Shown: piece by piece, positions 10,519 to 19,297 of the stretch
Position numbering within the stretch: the stretch's first letter is position 1
Layout of the letters: every line of letters starts with the position of its first letter
Assembly: GCA_030599585.1 (NCBI GenBank)
Contig: JAUVNS010000006.1
Coordinates: forward strand, 64,001 to 128,000
Reading direction: 5' to 3'
Source: Promethearchaeota archaeon
GTDB lineage: Archaea; Asgardarchaeota; Lokiarchaeia; Sigyniarchaeales; SOKP01
DNA: 64,000 nt
Notes under the pieces: model-generated
What the model was told of the DNA's origin: nothing
What the model saw: only the letters and a program-made list of their open reading frames with translations
The model's database searches: none
Program-made: the position numbers and the translations under genes

Positions 10519-11652
10519 ATGAACGCTCGGAAGAGAGTAATACAAGCATTAAATCACGAAGAACCGGATCGCGTACCTATATTTTGCCAAATTATCATGC
10601 CGGGATTTCAACGAGAACTCCTGAACTATTGGGGGGATTCTTACACTCGGGAGAGGAAATATAAGCTATCTTATAGAGACTATAATTTAGAGTTTAAGCT
10701 TGGTTTTGATATGTCATGGGGTTTCGACTCATTTCCAACATTCATTCCCCAGAAACACATGCAAGAAAATCCGTTACCAAAATTACCAGATAATAATAAA
10801 TATCTTGATTATAATGGCAGAATCTTTTTAAAACAAAGAGATAGGGATATGGGGGATGCTTATTATATGGGACCTTATATGAATACTGAAGAAAAAGCAG
10901 ATTATTTTCACGACACATATTTCTCTATAGAATGGGAAGAAGCTCCGGATTTTGCTAGAAACATTAACAAACGATTAAGAAAATTCCCAACTGATGAATT
11001 TGTACCTTGTTGCCATCTTGACCCAATTTTGGAGCCTCTTTGGGAGGGTTTAGGTCTAGGACTATTAATTAAGTTGATACGGAAAAACAAAAGTAAAATT
11101 AAACATTATATCGAGTTAAGGACTAAAAAATTAATTACATCAGCAAAACTAAACGCAGAAACGGATTTTGATGTTTTTTTTATGTGCGACGATACTGCTT
11201 TGAAAAATACTACAATGATAAACCCAAAATACCATCGAGAACTCATTATTCCTGCCTATAAGCAAGCCATCCAGATTTTAAGGAAAGCGGGCAAATACGT
11301 GTGCTTTCACTCAGACGGATTCACTGAACCATATTTTGAAGGGCTGATTGAGGCAGGCTTCAGCGGTGTTGAATCTTTAGAACCCATGGCAGGCATGAAT
11401 TTGAAACATTTGAAAGAAACATATGGAGATAAGTTATGCTTAATTGGGAATATTGACGTGTCTCAATTATTACCTTATGGTACTAAGAATGACGTTGTAG
11501 ACGCCGTGAAAAAGTGCATTAGCGATGCTGGTGAAGGTGGGGGATATATGTTGAGTGCTTGTACGGATATTACAAATTCGTGTAAATTAGATAATGTTTT
11601 AGCAATGATTTCTGCAACTAAGAAATACGGGGAATATCCTTTGAAGTTGTAA
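10519..11652 (+). CDS. URO-D / MtaA-CmuA family protein
   Basis: MNARKRV..ALNHEEPDRVP, CDD, FHSDG, LEPMAGM, GNID, GGGYML. Confidence 0.9.
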   Translation: MNARKRVIQALNHEEPDRVPIFCQIIMPGFQRELLNYWGDSYTRERKYKLSYRDYNLEFKLGFDMSWGFDSFPTFIPQKHMQENPLPKLPDNNKYLDYNGRIFLKQRDRDMGDAYYMGPYMNTEEKADYFHDTYFSIEWEEAPDFARNINKRLRKFPTDEFVPCCHLDPILEPLWEGLGLGLLIKLIRKNKSKIKHYIELRTKKLITSAKLNAETDFDVFFMCDDTALKNTTMINPKYHRELIIPAYKQAIQILRKAGKYVCFHSDGFTEPYFEGLIEAGFSGVESLEPMAGMNLKHLKETYGDKLCLIGNIDVSQLLPYGTKNDVVDAVKKCISDAGEGGGYMLSACTDITNSCKLDNVLAMISATKKYGEYPLKL

Positions 11653-11694
11653 ATTGAGATTGTAAAAATAAAGTAAAAATAAAAAAAAATTAAA

Positions 11695-13140
11695 TTAAAA
11701 GCCAAGTTCAAGTAGCTTGGCTTTGTTTTCAAGAACTTTTTCTTGCGTAAGTGGATAAAATTTCCAAAAGATCAAAGTACCCGCTAAGATGAGCAACGCA
11801 GGGATAACTCCTAGAAGGAAACGAATTCCCCATTGGACAAGTTCTACATTTGCACCAGAACCAACTAAAGCGGCATAATCTACTAGTCCTGCATTAAATC
11901 CGGTAATAGCAAATACCAAAGTTATTAAAGCTTCGTCAATAAAGGCTGTAGCGAGTCCTATTACCGCCCAAGTACCAACCATAATACCTTTCTGGTTCTT
12001 CCCAGTACGCACAACAAAATCATCTTGTGCGTTCGAATATAATACAGGCATTCCAATAGTCCACACGCATCCATTTCCAAAACCCACCAAAAATATGATA
12101 ATCATTAAAGAAATATCGCCTTGGAAAAAGGTCATCGGCACAGTAAGTATAACTAATAAAAAACTACCGATAAGATAGGTTTTTTTATTGTTATTCATTT
12201 TCTTAAGAATTTTGAGCCAAACTGGAATAGAAATTAATGATCCCAAGAGAAAAAGTGCGAGAAATGGAATCATTGCATCCGGATCATTAGATTGAAAAAT
12301 AAATGTTACTAAATACGCTACCATTCCAGTCATTAGCGAGGCAGTAGCCGCGAGCCATAGAACATAATGAATAAAGAGAGCCATAAAACTTTTTTGCTTA
12401 ATTACTTGCCATACACCTTTAAATACATGCAGTCGTTCATAATCTCTAGAATAATATCGATCAATAATGATCTTATCCTCCCGAGCACCCTTCAAAACGA
12501 ATAATATACCAAAGATTATCGCTATTAAAGCAATAATTGCTGCCATCACGGCGTAGGATAAAATCGTTGCTCCAAAAAACAAAAGAAGTGGTGGAATCAT
12601 CATTCCAAGGACTTGCGCGATCATGTCAAAGAAACCCCAGGATCCTGCACCTTTCCTCCTTTCTGCTTCTGTTCGAAATTTATCTGTACGAAGGATGGCT
12701 GTATGAACATCAACAAGCGTAGCAAATAAATCGAACACGAACAGAGAGAGCAAGAGCCAAAGCATCACAGGTAAAGGATTTATCAGCACACCATCGATAT
12801 TCTTTGGAAAATCTGGAGGAGAAAATATCATGATTAGAGATAACGCTTCCGGAATAAAAGCGATTGCTATCCACGGAAAGCGTCGACCCCATTTTCTTGT
12901 CCACTTAAAATTTCGATCAGTTAACCACCCTATTAAAGGGTCGTTAAGACCTGCCCATATTGTGTTTATAGCAACGACAGTCAATATCCATCCTGCTTCA
13001 AGACCCACAACTGTATGATAGAAAAAAAACATGAAAAGACTCATTGTTGCTGTTGGAATTGTCCATAGGATATTGTACGTACCGAAAGATAGATAAGTTA
13101 AGAAAGAATGTCGTGAAGAAGATTCTTCATTTTCAGTCAT
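11695..13140 (-). CDS. GPH (MelB-like) MFS sugar/glycoside:cation symporter
   Basis: NDPLIGWLTDR..WGRRFPW, RTGKNQKG, FYPL C-terminus. Confidence 0.9.
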   Translation of the reverse strand: MTENEESSSRHSFLTYLSFGTYNILWTIPTATMSLFMFFFYHTVVGLEAGWILTVVAINTIWAGLNDPLIGWLTDRNFKWTRKWGRRFPWIAIAFIPEALSLIMIFSPPDFPKNIDGVLINPLPVMLWLLLSLFVFDLFATLVDVHTAILRTDKFRTEAERRKGAGSWGFFDMIAQVLGMMIPPLLLFFGATILSYAVMAAIIALIAIIFGILFVLKGAREDKIIIDRYYSRDYERLHVFKGVWQVIKQKSFMALFIHYVLWLAATASLMTGMVAYLVTFIFQSNDPDAMIPFLALFLLGSLISIPVWLKILKKMNNNKKTYLIGSFLLVILTVPMTFFQGDISLMIIIFLVGFGNGCVWTIGMPVLYSNAQDDFVVRTGKNQKGIMVGTWAVIGLATAFIDEALITLVFAITGFNAGLVDYAALVGSGANVELVQWGIRFLLGVIPALLILAGTLIFWKFYPLTQEKVLENKAKLLELGF

Positions 13141-13344
13141 AAAAACACCATTTTCAGATTTTAAAATGCTTTTAATTTATGTTTTATTTATAAAAAATTT
13201 TAATTAATACTAATCAACTTTTCTTATTTTAAATATTTCTCTTTTTGTTTTGCATATTTATGTTTAAAATGACACGAAGTATAACTTTGACAGATTAGGC
13301 ATAAAATTTAGGTCTAAACTATATCTAAATACATCTTTGAATCG

Positions 13345-13370
13345 AAACAAAATTAAAAAAAAAAAAAAAA
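13345..13370 (-). terminator. Long oligo-T terminator after the GPH transporter
   Basis: A-run on + (T-run on -) just downstream of the 13377 stop. Confidence 0.5.
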
Positions 13371-13376
13371 GATTAT

Positions 13377-14804
13377 TTAAAAGCCAATTTCCTCGAGTTT
13401 TGCTTTATTTTCTGCTACTTTTTCTGGATCAAGAGGATATGCTTTCCAAAAAACTAATACTCCTAATAAAAGAATGCACATTGGTATAATCCCTATTAAA
13501 AATCGAAGCCCCCATTGTATTAGCGCAACATTTGCTCCGCTGTCTATTAATCCTTGTAGCGTTGAAATTCCCGCGGGAAACATCGTTATAGCAAATACAA
13601 TTGTAATTAATAATTCGTCAAAGAAACTCGTGAATCTGCCAATCAGTGCCCATGTTCCTAATATCATGCCTTTCTGATTTTTTCCTGTTCGTACGACGTA
13701 ATCGTCTTGTACATCAGATAATACCACCGGTACACCTAATGTCCAAATGCATCCCATTGCTAAACCTGCAATAAAAAAGAAAATAAGAAAATCGACTAAA
13801 GTAACGAAGAAAGACAAGGGTATTAAAGCTGCGCATAATACGAACCCCCCAATTGTATATACCTTTTTGGTATTATTAATTTTCTTAAGGTATTTATGCC
13901 ATAGTACAACAGAAATCATGGCTCCTATTAGAAAAGTTGCCATTAGCATTATAAATACATCTTCTCCAGCGTTTAAAATGAAAGTTACCATATATAAACC
14001 CATTGCCGTCATTAGAGTTGTTGCAATGCCAAAGGTAGTGTATGAAGCGTAAAATACCATAAAGCTTTTCTGTTTAACTACTTCTTTCATTCCTTTAAAA
14101 AAGCTCATCCTTTCGTATTCTTTTGAATAATAGCGATCGATAATGTTTTTATCCTCTCGAACACCAGGTAAAAACAAAATTGCAAATATTATTGTTAAAA
14201 AAGCTATAATTGCCGCCATAAGAGCATATGAGGCTCGAGTATTACCCAGAAAGAGAAAAAGCGGAGGAATCATCGTACCAAGAGCTACAGCAATCATGTC
14301 TACAGGTCCAAAGAATTTAGAGTATCTTTTGCGTTGAGCATCAGAGCGAAATTTATCCGCACGAAGAGTACCAACATTTACATCCAGTAAAGTAACACAA
14401 GTGTCAAATATGAAAAAGGACATTATTAACCAACCAAAAACGGGCCATGGATTTATTGCAGGATCGATATTAGGTGGTGTGTAAATAAGGTAAAAAGAAA
14501 GGCACCATGGGATAATACTCACTACTACCCATGGAAAACGTCTCCCCCATTTTCTAGTCCATTTAAAGTTCCTGTCAACTAAGAAGCCAATTAAAGGTTC
14601 GTTGATTGAATCCCATACCATAAAAATAGCCATAGCAAGAAAGATTAGAATTGGTTCGAGTCCGACAACTGTGTGATAGAAGAAAAAGTAGGTCAAGTTT
14701 AAAGCAGAAACTATAATTGACCACACTATCTGGTACATGCTAAATGAGAGGATATTTAGATTAGAGTATATTGTTTCTTTTACTTCCACTTCTGTTTGAT
14801 TCAT
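13377..14804 (-). CDS. GPH (MelB-like) MFS symporter, tandem paralogue of 11695..13140
   Basis: Shares DRNFKWTRKWGRRFPW, VVRTGKNQKG and ENKAKL.E.GF with its neighbour. Confidence 0.9.
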   Translation of the reverse strand: MNQTEVEVKETIYSNLNILSFSMYQIVWSIIVSALNLTYFFFYHTVVGLEPILIFLAMAIFMVWDSINEPLIGFLVDRNFKWTRKWGRRFPWVVVSIIPWCLSFYLIYTPPNIDPAINPWPVFGWLIMSFFIFDTCVTLLDVNVGTLRADKFRSDAQRKRYSKFFGPVDMIAVALGTMIPPLFLFLGNTRASYALMAAIIAFLTIIFAILFLPGVREDKNIIDRYYSKEYERMSFFKGMKEVVKQKSFMVFYASYTTFGIATTLMTAMGLYMVTFILNAGEDVFIMLMATFLIGAMISVVLWHKYLKKINNTKKVYTIGGFVLCAALIPLSFFVTLVDFLIFFFIAGLAMGCIWTLGVPVVLSDVQDDYVVRTGKNQKGMILGTWALIGRFTSFFDELLITIVFAITMFPAGISTLQGLIDSGANVALIQWGLRFLIGIIPMCILLLGVLVFWKAYPLDPEKVAENKAKLEEIGF

Positions 14805-14930
14805 TTTTCATTCATCTGTTTAATTTTTTTAGTAAAGTTAATTAATTCTAGTCTAAGGTATATTTATAGGTTTAACTTTTTACTCAACACCCGTTCAAAA
14901 TAGTAATATTAACAAGAATGTCGATTAATA

Positions 14931-17069
14931 ATGAACGCAACTCGTTATAATATATCTAATCAATATTGGAAGTTGGAAATTCAAAAGAATAGAAATTGGT
15001 TTATTTATAAATTAACCAGTAAAATCAATGACGAAATCTATGCAGATCAGGATTATCATTATAGGATTTTAACATCTAGTAAAAGAGTATCTCGTTTTGT
15101 TTATTTAACTCACTTAAATTCAGAAACTAAAGCCAAAAAGTTGTCATCAAGAAGTATTCGCATGGAAGGAAATGACACTATAATTATAGAAGGAAAATTC
15201 GAGGATACAGAGATTCTAATTACTCATGAATTTAAACTTGTGGAAAATAGTAAATGGTTAGATGAAAAAATCACATTATCTAATCAAGGTAAGAAAAGAT
15301 TTAGGTTTAGTTTGATTAATCTAGGTTTTAGGAAATTTTTATTTAAACAATATTCTGGCTGGAATGTGCATTTAGACGAATATACGTTAACATCCATTCC
15401 AACTCGAAGATATTTTGGATATGGAGACGATCGTAGAAAAGAGAACTTTAGTGCTAATGACATTCTTTTCGGGGCTTGGATCGCTAAAGAAGCAGAAATG
15501 CCGGGTTTTTGTGCCGAGGGATGGTTGTGGGGTAATGAACAGGGGGGATTACTGACGTGCAAATATAATCCCTCTCAAATGGAATATTCTCGATTTCAAA
15601 GAATTCCAACCACATTACCGGGAAGAGGTGTTGAGGATGTTGATCTTGTTTTTGGAGGTGTTTCCTTATATGAGGGCAATCCGGAGCTAGCTACAACCTT
15701 AAAACCAGATCAGAGCTATTCATTTGGAGTTACGAGATATGCTACATACCAAGGAGATTATAAAGAGGGATATTATCTTTACAGGAGTCATTTAGAGGGG
15801 CATGGACATATTTTTAAACCCAACTACGATCCTCCCGTTCATTGGAATGAATTGTACAACTTAGGATGGGTTTCCGAAAAGACGGGATTTTTTGTAGAAG
15901 GTATAGAATTCAAAGTTTACACTTTAGAACAATTGTATGAAGAGGCAGAATTAGCTCGAGATATTGGTGCTGAATGCTTATATTTAGATCCAGGGTGGAA
16001 TATAGCTTTAGGCTCTTCCATTTGGAACGAAGAGAGATTTGGTCCTTTAAAAGAATTCTCAAAAAATATCCATGAGAAATATGGATTGAAGTTAGCGCTG
16101 CATCTTATGATGAATTTTGAAGGAGAAGACGAACCCGAGGAGTTCTACTTAATAAGCAAAACGGGAGTAAAAGTCGTAGCAGATCCCTATATCAACCTCT
16201 TTAGTTTGTGTGCTAATGATCATTGGGTTGATGAAAAAACGCGTAGAATATTAGAATTAGCAAAAGAAGGAATAGATTTTTTCATGTTTGATTTCACTGA
16301 TTTTTCAACATTTATGGTTAACGAAATTGGTTGTTATAGCAAGGAGCACGGACATGAAGTGCCAATGCTCAGAAACACTCACGCTGAAAACATATTTAAA
16401 GTCATTCAAAATGTAAAGAAGAAATTCCCCCATATTCTTATAGAAGCACACGACAGAGGTGTAAAACCTCGAAATCCATTATATTACCAGCACAATCTTC
16501 CTCACAGTTTTGACGAAAATTGGGGTTTTGAATGTATGTGGAATCCGATGCAAGATTTATTGTCTGGGAGGGCAACGCAACTTTTTGAATACAATTTAGC
16601 TTATTCTATACCCTTATACTTGCATATAAATGAAAATAGCGATAATGAGAACATGCTACAATTCTGGTGGTACGCTTCCCTTGCGAGACATTTGGGAATT
16701 GGAGGATTGAGTGATAGACAAAGTGTAAAATATATGGCATTAAAAGAAGCTATGACCCTTTATAAAAAAATTAAGCCTTTCTTCACGCGGGGAATATTTT
16801 ACGGTATTAACCAAAACATTCACCTTCACGTGGATGAAACTGAGAAGTTAGGAGTTATTACTACCTATAATTTGAGTAGTCGGGTTCAAATAATAGATGT
16901 TCAATTTGATCCCATAAAATATGGTCTGGATGTTAGTACTGTAGAAATTTATAATGGAACAAATAAAATAATTTCTACAATAAAATTAACTCAGAATTCA
17001 AACAACGTTCGTCATTTTAAGGTTGAAATCTCTCCTTTATCACCGATAATCGCAATTCTCAAAAAATAG
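14931..17069 (+). CDS. Putative glycoside hydrolase, GH36/clan GH-D-like (alpha-galactosidase-like)
   Basis: N-terminal beta-rich domain, then HWNE..., ELARDIGAECLYLDPGW (compare DDGW), GIDFFMFDF, KKFPHILIE, and a C-terminal beta domain. Confidence 0.55.
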   Translation: MNATRYNISNQYWKLEIQKNRNWFIYKLTSKINDEIYADQDYHYRILTSSKRVSRFVYLTHLNSETKAKKLSSRSIRMEGNDTIIIEGKFEDTEILITHEFKLVENSKWLDEKITLSNQGKKRFRFSLINLGFRKFLFKQYSGWNVHLDEYTLTSIPTRRYFGYGDDRRKENFSANDILFGAWIAKEAEMPGFCAEGWLWGNEQGGLLTCKYNPSQMEYSRFQRIPTTLPGRGVEDVDLVFGGVSLYEGNPELATTLKPDQSYSFGVTRYATYQGDYKEGYYLYRSHLEGHGHIFKPNYDPPVHWNELYNLGWVSEKTGFFVEGIEFKVYTLEQLYEEAELARDIGAECLYLDPGWNIALGSSIWNEERFGPLKEFSKNIHEKYGLKLALHLMMNFEGEDEPEEFYLISKTGVKVVADPYINLFSLCANDHWVDEKTRRILELAKEGIDFFMFDFTDFSTFMVNEIGCYSKEHGHEVPMLRNTHAENIFKVIQNVKKKFPHILIEAHDRGVKPRNPLYYQHNLPHSFDENWGFECMWNPMQDLLSGRATQLFEYNLAYSIPLYLHINENSDNENMLQFWWYASLARHLGIGGLSDRQSVKYMALKEAMTLYKKIKPFFTRGIFYGINQNIHLHVDETEKLGVITTYNLSSRVQIIDVQFDPIKYGLDVSTVEIYNGTNKIISTIKLTQNSNNVRHFKVEISPLSPIIAILKK

Positions 17070-17098
17070 GGAAAATTATTCTGGTTTTCTGATGTCTT

Positions 17099-18274
17099 TT
17101 AATTCAAATTTAACGGATATTTTCGATATTTTTCAATTGCATCTCGTAATACTACAATATTTTCCCAAGATGTATTTAAAATATTATGGCTGGGACCGAC
17201 AAAATAACCACCATTAAATCCTGCGGATTTCACGCAACGTTTGACTTCCTGTACAATATCGTTTGGTGTTCCAAAATTAAGAATTCGACTTGAATCTATT
17301 CCTCCCATAAAACTTAATTTATCTCCGAGAGTTTGCTTTAAGTAAGCTAAATCTACACCGGCAGGAGGTTCAAGTGCTTGAATACAATTAAGGCCTGCTT
17401 CTGCCATATATGGCAAGTTTTCATCAATATACCCACAAGAATGTTGAACGATAAACATACCTCGTTGCTTACAAGCGCTATAAAACTTTTTATAATAAGG
17501 TAAAATAAATTTCTTAAATTGTTCAATTGATAAAATTGAGCGCCCTTTAAACCCTAAATCGTCTGAATAAAAAACGACATCTACTCCAGCTTCATGAAAC
17601 CGTTTGATAACTTCGATATTTAATTTAGTATACTCACTAAGAAGCTCATGGATAAACTGGGGGTTTTTTCGCATATAATAGGCTACACGGCCCATTGTCA
17701 TCCCTTCAAATAGAGCTTCATGAATAGCTACCGGTACGAACGCCATCGGATATAAATACTTTTTTAGAGAATCTACATATCCATCCCAAACTTTGGGTGT
17801 ATAATTAAGCTTGTCATTGACCTGTTCTGAAGGCTTTCCATATTTATCCCAGTAATGATGTACAATCTCCGGAGTTCGAAAATGTCCATCTACATACCAC
17901 AGATAAGCCAAACCCGTATCAACTTGTTTAACCAGTTTCCACACACATCCGTTAAGCGCACTGATCATGCAATCAGGATATTCAGGGGGAGCACGCTTTA
18001 CACGTTCTTTATATTTTTTGGGTCCCCAAGGATCCATTGAATGGCAATCAACATTCCAGAATCGTAGCTCAGTAATATCGCCTGCCCAGCAGTATTTAAC
18101 TTTAGAAAAATCGTTTTCTACGATTGTTTTATATTTGGTATATTCCTCAGTTTTTAGAAATCTCTGATAGGCACTAGCAGTAAATTCAAAACCTAAATAG
18201 TGAACAGGTAGCTTGTCAATATTGTCATTTAATTCTAATGTCCTAATCACTCTTTCTCTTTTTGATAATTTCAT
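17099..18274 (-). CDS. URO-D / MtaA-CmuA family protein
   Basis: SDDLGFK, QHSCG, LEPPAGVDL, MGGID, GGYFVGPSHN. Confidence 0.9.
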   Translation of the reverse strand: MKLSKRERVIRTLELNDNIDKLPVHYLGFEFTASAYQRFLKTEEYTKYKTIVENDFSKVKYCWAGDITELRFWNVDCHSMDPWGPKKYKERVKRAPPEYPDCMISALNGCVWKLVKQVDTGLAYLWYVDGHFRTPEIVHHYWDKYGKPSEQVNDKLNYTPKVWDGYVDSLKKYLYPMAFVPVAIHEALFEGMTMGRVAYYMRKNPQFIHELLSEYTKLNIEVIKRFHEAGVDVVFYSDDLGFKGRSILSIEQFKKFILPYYKKFYSACKQRGMFIVQHSCGYIDENLPYMAEAGLNCIQALEPPAGVDLAYLKQTLGDKLSFMGGIDSSRILNFGTPNDIVQEVKRCVKSAGFNGGYFVGPSHNILNTSWENIVVLRDAIEKYRKYPLNLN

Positions 18275-18382
18275 GACAAAAGCTCGTATTATTGTAGTAA
18301 TGTAAAAAAGAAATTAAACTTTAAAAATTAAGCCCCTTTTAACAACTTATATAAAATTGTATAAAATTGTTGACTTTATAGT

Positions 18383-19297
18383 ATGAGATTTGGAATTTCA
18401 CCCTTGACTTACGATCTGTTAATTGATGGAATTCTTGCTAAAAAAGGTTTGAAAGGCTTATCAGATTTCCAATTTTCTGATATTGTTAAAAACGCAGCAA
18501 CAGCAGGATATCAACATTTTGAGATCCAGTTGGATTTGTTTCAGATTTTTCCAATTACAATGGATAGTAATCAAATTAAAATATTACAAGAAATCAAAAA
18601 TGAATATGACATCACGTATTCGGCTCATCTGCCTTTTTTAAGCTTAGATCTTGGGGGTCCCAATAGATTCATATGCGAAGGAAGTGTTAATTCTTTAATA
18701 GATGCTTACAATTCTATTATAGAATTAGAGGACGATATTGATGTCTTTGTCTTGCATCCCACTGGGGAAACGGTTGCAAGCGTTATGGGATTTATCGAAA
18801 GTCCTCAGATTAAACAAATAACATCTGAATTATTCAGCGTTAATGCTATACAGAGCATTGAGAAATTCATAGAAGAGACTGGTGTAAAAAGTGACAAAAT
18901 CGCTATAGAAAATATAGTATTTCCTTTTGAAGCTACAATTAAAATCATTAAGAAATTGAAGACAAGGCTATGTATAGATACCGCACATGTTCTTGGTGGT
19001 TTTTCAGGAAATCACGATCTCCTTGAAATTACAGAAAAATATTTGAATATAACAGCCGAAATTCATCTCCAAGACTACGACGAAGAGAATTTATTTTCCG
19101 ATCATGCCGCTTTAGGGGCTGGAAAGAATTTTCCGCCCGAATTTCTAAATTTGATCCATCAGAAGAATTTTGATGGTCCTGTTGTCTTTGAATTACCTCA
19201 AAATGATACAATAAAATCGATTAAATATATAAGAGAAAACGCGCCTCAAGTAAAAATTCCAGAGATCAAGGATCAACCCTTTTATAAGAGAAATTAG
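18383..19297 (+). CDS. AP-endonuclease-2 / sugar phosphate isomerase TIM-barrel protein (CbiR-like candidate)
   Basis: SAHLPF, VLHP, IAIEN, LCIDTAH, EIHLQD, DH..LG.G, VVFE metal ligands. Confidence 0.75.
   Translation: MRFGISPLTYDLLIDGILAKKGLKGLSDFQFSDIVKNAATAGYQHFEIQLDLFQIFPITMDSNQIKILQEIKNEYDITYSAHLPFLSLDLGGPNRFICEGSVNSLIDAYNSIIELEDDIDVFVLHPTGETVASVMGFIESPQIKQITSELFSVNAIQSIEKFIEETGVKSDKIAIENIVFPFEATIKIIKKLKTRLCIDTAHVLGGFSGNHDLLEITEKYLNITAEIHLQDYDEENLFSDHAALGAGKNFPPEFLNLIHQKNFDGPVVFELPQNDTIKSIKYIRENAPQVKIPEIKDQPFYKRN

Noticed and set aside
18350-18370. TATAAAATTG tandem duplication in a divergent promoter
   Set aside because: A short AT-only repeat in AT-rich DNA with no second occurrence to support a function.
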